Positions 16,701-20,000 of a stretch of 20,000 nt of DNA are shown in pieces. The stretch is from Bacteroidales bacterium (GTDB lineage Bacteria > Bacteroidota > Bacteroidia > Bacteroidales > CAIWKO01): contig DAOORA010000020.1 in NCBI GenBank assembly GCA_035389045.1, positions 45,669 to 65,668 on the forward strand. Direction: 5' to 3'. A program made the position numbers and the translations under genes. How positions within the stretch are numbered: position 1 is the stretch's first letter; each line of letters opens with the position of its first letter. The notes below the pieces were generated by a model that was not told the DNA's origin, searched no databases, and was given only the letters and a program-made list of their open reading frames with translations.

Positions 16701-19700
16701 TGCAACCATCAAAGCCAAAGGTGAACCAGGCGAAGAAGCAACTTTTCTTGTAGGTACAAAAGAGCTGAATGTACACGTACTTATGGAAGTGGAAGTAAGG
16801 AATACCATCGTGCAGAAACAATGGCTCAAATTAAACAATGAATTAAAAAATATCAATATACCTATAAAAGAAGAATACCGCGGCAACTTTGCAGTGCACT
16901 TCACTTTTATCCGCCAGGGCAGAGTGTACCGGTATGATGTTAACGTAGAAGTCCCTTATACAAACAAAGAGCTGGATATTAACTTTGAGACGTTCCGCAA
17001 CAAACTGGAACCTGGCCAGAAAGAAGAATGGAAAATCAGGATAAAAAGTAAAAACGGAGAAAAAGCTGCTGCAGAGATGCTTGCGGGTATGTATGATGCC
17101 TCACTGGACGCCTACCGGTCAAATTCCTGGTATCTGGCACTCTTCAGCAATTTCTACATGAGACAGCAGTGGGAAACATCCAATGGATTTTCCACAGAAG
17201 TATCAAACATCTACACCGTGAACTGGAACCCATACGTATATTTTCACTACCGTTATTATGATTACCTTAACTGGTTTGGCTATGACAGTTATTATTACCG
17301 CTATGCTAACAGAGGAGATTATGAATATGATTATTTTGAAGCCAATCAACCGGTATCTATGGATGAAGTGGTTACTGCCGCTGAATCAACCGGAGGAAAA
17401 AGAGTTGCAAAAACTGTTTTGGCACAAGGCCAGGCTGGCGGAATGACAGAAGCTGCAGACAACATCGATAGCAGAGAAAAAAAAGACGATTCTTACAAAA
17501 CGGCAAACACAGGATTGTTGGATGGAACTGTAGCAGGCGAAATTGCAAAAGACAAAGATCTGAATTTCAGCGATATAAAAACACGTACCAATTTTAACGA
17601 AACCGCATTTTTCTATCCTCACCTGCTCACCAACGAAAACGGAGAAATTATAATTTCTTTCACCGTGCCCGAAGCGCTTACAAAATGGAAATTCATGGGA
17701 CTTGCCCATACCAAAGATCTTAAAATTGGCACTATACAAAAGGAGGTGCTTACACAAAAAGACCTGATGGTTGTTCCTAACCCTCCCCGCTTCTTCCGCG
17801 AAAACGACCGTATCGTTTTTTCCTCTAAAATAACCAATCTCTCAGCAGACTCAATAAACGCCTATGCCACCTTAATGCTTTTCAATGCGGAAACCCAGCA
17901 GCCTATTGATGTATTGACAGGCAATACCGATCAGGTGAAATGTGTTGGCATACCCAAAGGACAGAGCAAGGCGGTAGAGTGGTCAATATCCATACCCGAG
18001 AACATTCCGGCCATCACTTACAAAGTTGTGGCCAAAGCCGGAAACTTCACCGATGGCGAGGAAATGATCATTCCTGTTTTAACAAACCGTATGCTGGTCA
18101 CCGAAACCATGCCGCTACCCATACGCGGAAACCAGGTTAAGAATTTCAATTTCGAAAAACTCATCAACGCATACAAATCCAACACACTGAAAAACTATAA
18201 ACTTACTCTCGAATTCACATCCAACCCATCGTGGTATGCGGTTCAGGCGCTCCCATACATGATCGAATATCCCTACGAATGTACCGAGCAGATATTCAGC
18301 CGTTTTTATGCCAACAGCATTGCTACTTACATCGCTAATTCCAATCCTAAGATCAGGGAAGTGTTTGACAGCTGGAAAAACATCACACCAGACGCCTTGT
18401 TGTCAAATCTTGAGAAGAATCAGGATCTTAAATATGTAATGTTGCAGGAAACCCCCTGGGTGCTTGAGGCAAAAAGCGAATCGCAGTCGAAACGCAATAT
18501 CGGCATTCTGCTTGAAGAAAAACGAATGAAAACCGAGATTGAACGCGCTCTGAAGAAACTCGAAAAATTACAGGTCTCGAACGGAGGATGGACATGGTTC
18601 CCCGGCATGCCCGACGACCGTTATATCACACAACATATCATCACAGGATTCTGCCACCTTGACAAGCTTGGGGTCAGGGACATCCGCGATCAGTACAAGG
18701 TATGGAACATGGTCAAAAGAGGTTCTCATTACCTTGATGACCGTATCCGAGAGGATTATGAATGGCTGTTAAGATATGATCCGGATCACATGTTTGAAAA
18801 TCACCTTGGTGGAATACAGATACAATATCTTTATGCCCGAAGTTATTTTATTAAATCTATCCCTGTTGAAGCAAAGAATAAAAAGGCTTTCGACTATTAT
18901 TTCGGGCAGGCAAAAAAATACTGGTTACAAAACAACCGTTACCTTCAAGGCATGATAGCACTGTCTTTGAACCGTCTGGAAGAAAAAATAACAGCCACAG
19001 ACATTGTAAAATCGCTCAAGGAAAATGCAATCTTCAGTGAAGAAATGGGCATGTACTGGAAAGATATGGATTACGGATATTATTGGTATCAGGCGCCTAT
19101 CGAAACACAGGCGTTGCTGATCGAATGTTTTGATGAAGTAGCCAACGACAAACAGTCGGTCGAAGAAATGAAAGTCTGGCTGCTCAAACAAAAACAGACA
19201 CAAAACTGGAAGACGACCAAGGCAACAGCGGAAGCCTGTTACGCTTTGTTGTTAAGGGGGACAGACTTCCTGGCCAACGACCCGCAAGTCAGCATAACAC
19301 TTGGAGGAATGCTTGTAGATCCAAAGAATTTGCCCGATGTAAAACAACAGGCAGGAACAGGCTATTTCAGGACATCATGGCTGGAAGATGCCATAAAACC
19401 AGACATGGGAAAAGTGAAAGTTACAAAATCGGATGATGGCATTGCTTGGGGGGCACTATACTGGCAATATTTTGAACAGCTGGACAAGATCACGCCTGCT
19501 CAGACACCCTTAAAGATTGAAAAGAAACTGTTTGTAGAACGTAACTCAGACCATGGCCCTGTGATAACTCCCATTACAGATGATACCAAACTGAAACTCG
19601 GCGACAAGATAAAAGTGCGTATTGAACTCCGTTCAGACCGCGATATGGAATACATCCACATGAAAGACATGAGGGCCAGCGGATTTGAACCCATCAATGT

Positions 19701-19929
19701 TATTTCGCAATACAAATATCAGGGAGGCCTTGGCTACTACGAAAGCACGGGCGATGCCGCCACCAACTTCTTTATCTCGTATCTTAAAAAAGGAACCTAT
19801 GTCTTTGAATATCCTTTACGTGTGGCTCAAAAGGGCGATTTCTCCAATGGTATCACGTCGATACAGTGCATGTATGCCCCTGAATTTTCGGCCCATTCCG
19901 AGGGAATCAGAGTGAAAGTTTCCGGATAG
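13726..19929 (+). CDS. Bacterial alpha-2-macroglobulin family protein (2067 aa)
   Basis: FFTDRMIYRPGQTIYFKG, VEEYKRPKFEV, RTNFNETAFFYPHL, PEALTKWKFMG, PRFFRENDRI, thioester YPYECTEQ (Cys1519, codons 18280-18291), C-terminal DMRASGFEP and IQCMYAPEFSAHS. Hydrophobic N-terminal signal or anchor. Confidence 0.92.
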   Translation: MKTIKIIALILLVSVTAIAVKSVIPAFFSERSAGVMISPNDDYNKLWAKADSLLNKGLTRSAIEVVQVIYEKAKLENNTGNFVKAVTYKLRLESYISEDDYVKEINDLNKEAAEARFPIKPVIHSMIAEVYWKYYQNNRYKFLNRTETVDFVPEDIRTWDLRKIVEQSIKYYQLSLENVDSLKNTSINVYDEIIVKQGGDSKNFRPTLYDFLIHRAIDFFANEEPGLVSPVNRFEIDKAEFFAPYDSYIIFQIKTNDKYSLNYYAARLFQDLLDFHKNDADPRSLIDNDLKRLKFMKQKSINPDKDTLFMQALETLNKKFESFPASSEVIYEIANYYYQQGATYASTNDESDRWKLKKAYEICDIAIKKFPDAFGSNNCKYLQSKIREKSLTFTSEEVNVPGKPFRGLLSYHNLNKVYIRICKADYKWYDKLISQYYYDDKLIQPLLKLTPQKTFSVDITTPGDYQSHSAEIKIPELEAGFYVILIGTDAGFTYNTEAIAYSSFWMSNLSYLKRTTESGKTQFVVMNRENGQAVKGVSAQVYNEIYNYASRRYEYHSGPVYLTDENGMFEVVSTSNNYNNSYIEFNYSNDKLKSTVFYQYKSYKNEKKKYNRTIFFTDRMIYRPGQTIYFKGILLETDGENSVIKPGIESNVVFYDVNYQKVSEIKLTSNEYGTFSGSFTIPTGLLNGQMHIADNWGSIYFSVEEYKRPKFEVKFEPVKGSYKLGEKVTVKGTAVAYAGSNIDNAQVKYRVVRTARFPYWWYYWYGYYPNSPQMEITNGNTTTDDKGEYTIEFTAIPDYKVSRKSDPVFSYVIYADVTDINGETRSSQTTVNAGYKALMVAVGLPGEIEKSSKDPFVISTTNLSGTYEYATGSIIIHKLKQPEKLFRSRLWKEPDIKLISKNDYYQWFPYDLYEDENNTSRWAKESKVMEYDFDTEKDSLMHIPNLSTWQSGQYVLEITSVDKFGEKVQAFIYFTVYSKNDKTIPVNDFAWFATIKAKGEPGEEATFLVGTKELNVHVLMEVEVRNTIVQKQWLKLNNELKNINIPIKEEYRGNFAVHFTFIRQGRVYRYDVNVEVPYTNKELDINFETFRNKLEPGQKEEWKIRIKSKNGEKAAAEMLAGMYDASLDAYRSNSWYLALFSNFYMRQQWETSNGFSTEVSNIYTVNWNPYVYFHYRYYDYLNWFGYDSYYYRYANRGDYEYDYFEANQPVSMDEVVTAAESTGGKRVAKTVLAQGQAGGMTEAADNIDSREKKDDSYKTANTGLLDGTVAGEIAKDKDLNFSDIKTRTNFNETAFFYPHLLTNENGEIIISFTVPEALTKWKFMGLAHTKDLKIGTIQKEVLTQKDLMVVPNPPRFFRENDRIVFSSKITNLSADSINAYATLMLFNAETQQPIDVLTGNTDQVKCVGIPKGQSKAVEWSISIPENIPAITYKVVAKAGNFTDGEEMIIPVLTNRMLVTETMPLPIRGNQVKNFNFEKLINAYKSNTLKNYKLTLEFTSNPSWYAVQALPYMIEYPYECTEQIFSRFYANSIATYIANSNPKIREVFDSWKNITPDALLSNLEKNQDLKYVMLQETPWVLEAKSESQSKRNIGILLEEKRMKTEIERALKKLEKLQVSNGGWTWFPGMPDDRYITQHIITGFCHLDKLGVRDIRDQYKVWNMVKRGSHYLDDRIREDYEWLLRYDPDHMFENHLGGIQIQYLYARSYFIKSIPVEAKNKKAFDYYFGQAKKYWLQNNRYLQGMIALSLNRLEEKITATDIVKSLKENAIFSEEMGMYWKDMDYGYYWYQAPIETQALLIECFDEVANDKQSVEEMKVWLLKQKQTQNWKTTKATAEACYALLLRGTDFLANDPQVSITLGGMLVDPKNLPDVKQQAGTGYFRTSWLEDAIKPDMGKVKVTKSDDGIAWGALYWQYFEQLDKITPAQTPLKIEKKLFVERNSDHGPVITPITDDTKLKLGDKIKVRIELRSDRDMEYIHMKDMRASGFEPINVISQYKYQGGLGYYESTGDAATNFFISYLKKGTYVFEYPLRVAQKGDFSNGITSIQCMYAPEFSAHSEGIRVKVSG

Positions 19930-20000
19930 GTATAATAGAATTAACCCCTAACTTGGATATTAACACGTATTAGTTAATAAAAAATTTCAGAAATCCTTTG

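Noticed and set aside
19930..20000. Possible terminator after the A2M gene
   Set aside because: Only weak AT-rich symmetry (attaac...gttaat); no GC stem with a U-tract within the window.

Overview
20 kb of bacterial chromosome, most likely an anaerobic Bacteroidota (Bacteroidales-like). This assignment is an inference from TAnnTTTG promoter boxes, AT-rich leaders lacking Shine-Dalgarno sites, and typical protein families. Left to right: the 5' part of a secreted protein gene (minus strand, missed by the ORF track); a 650-bp intergenic region packed with small palindromic and repeat elements; a DUF4139-type exported protein (minus strand); then a plus-strand run. That run holds an RsmI-like methyltransferase, a ~1365-aa PPDK-like protein, a divergent 417-aa GAPDH, an SsnA-like amidohydrolase, dihydropyrimidinase HydA, an AAA+ ATPase/winged-helix/PD-(D/E)xK gene and a 2067-aa alpha-2-macroglobulin with an intact CTEQ thioester motif. 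Two things stand out. (1) The PPDK-like protein has no pyruvate-binding barrel but has an ~880-aa unrecognised N-terminal region, and it sits directly upstream of an atypical GAPDH, which may be an uncharacterised dikinase/dehydrogenase module. (2) The ATPase-nuclease gene is tightly bracketed by two direct copies of a ~46-50-bp palindrome with a 20-bp spacer, compensatory base changes and an embedded TACATTTG promoter box, resembling a self-regulating or mobile single-gene cassette. All family assignments come from motif recognition by eye; no database search was run.
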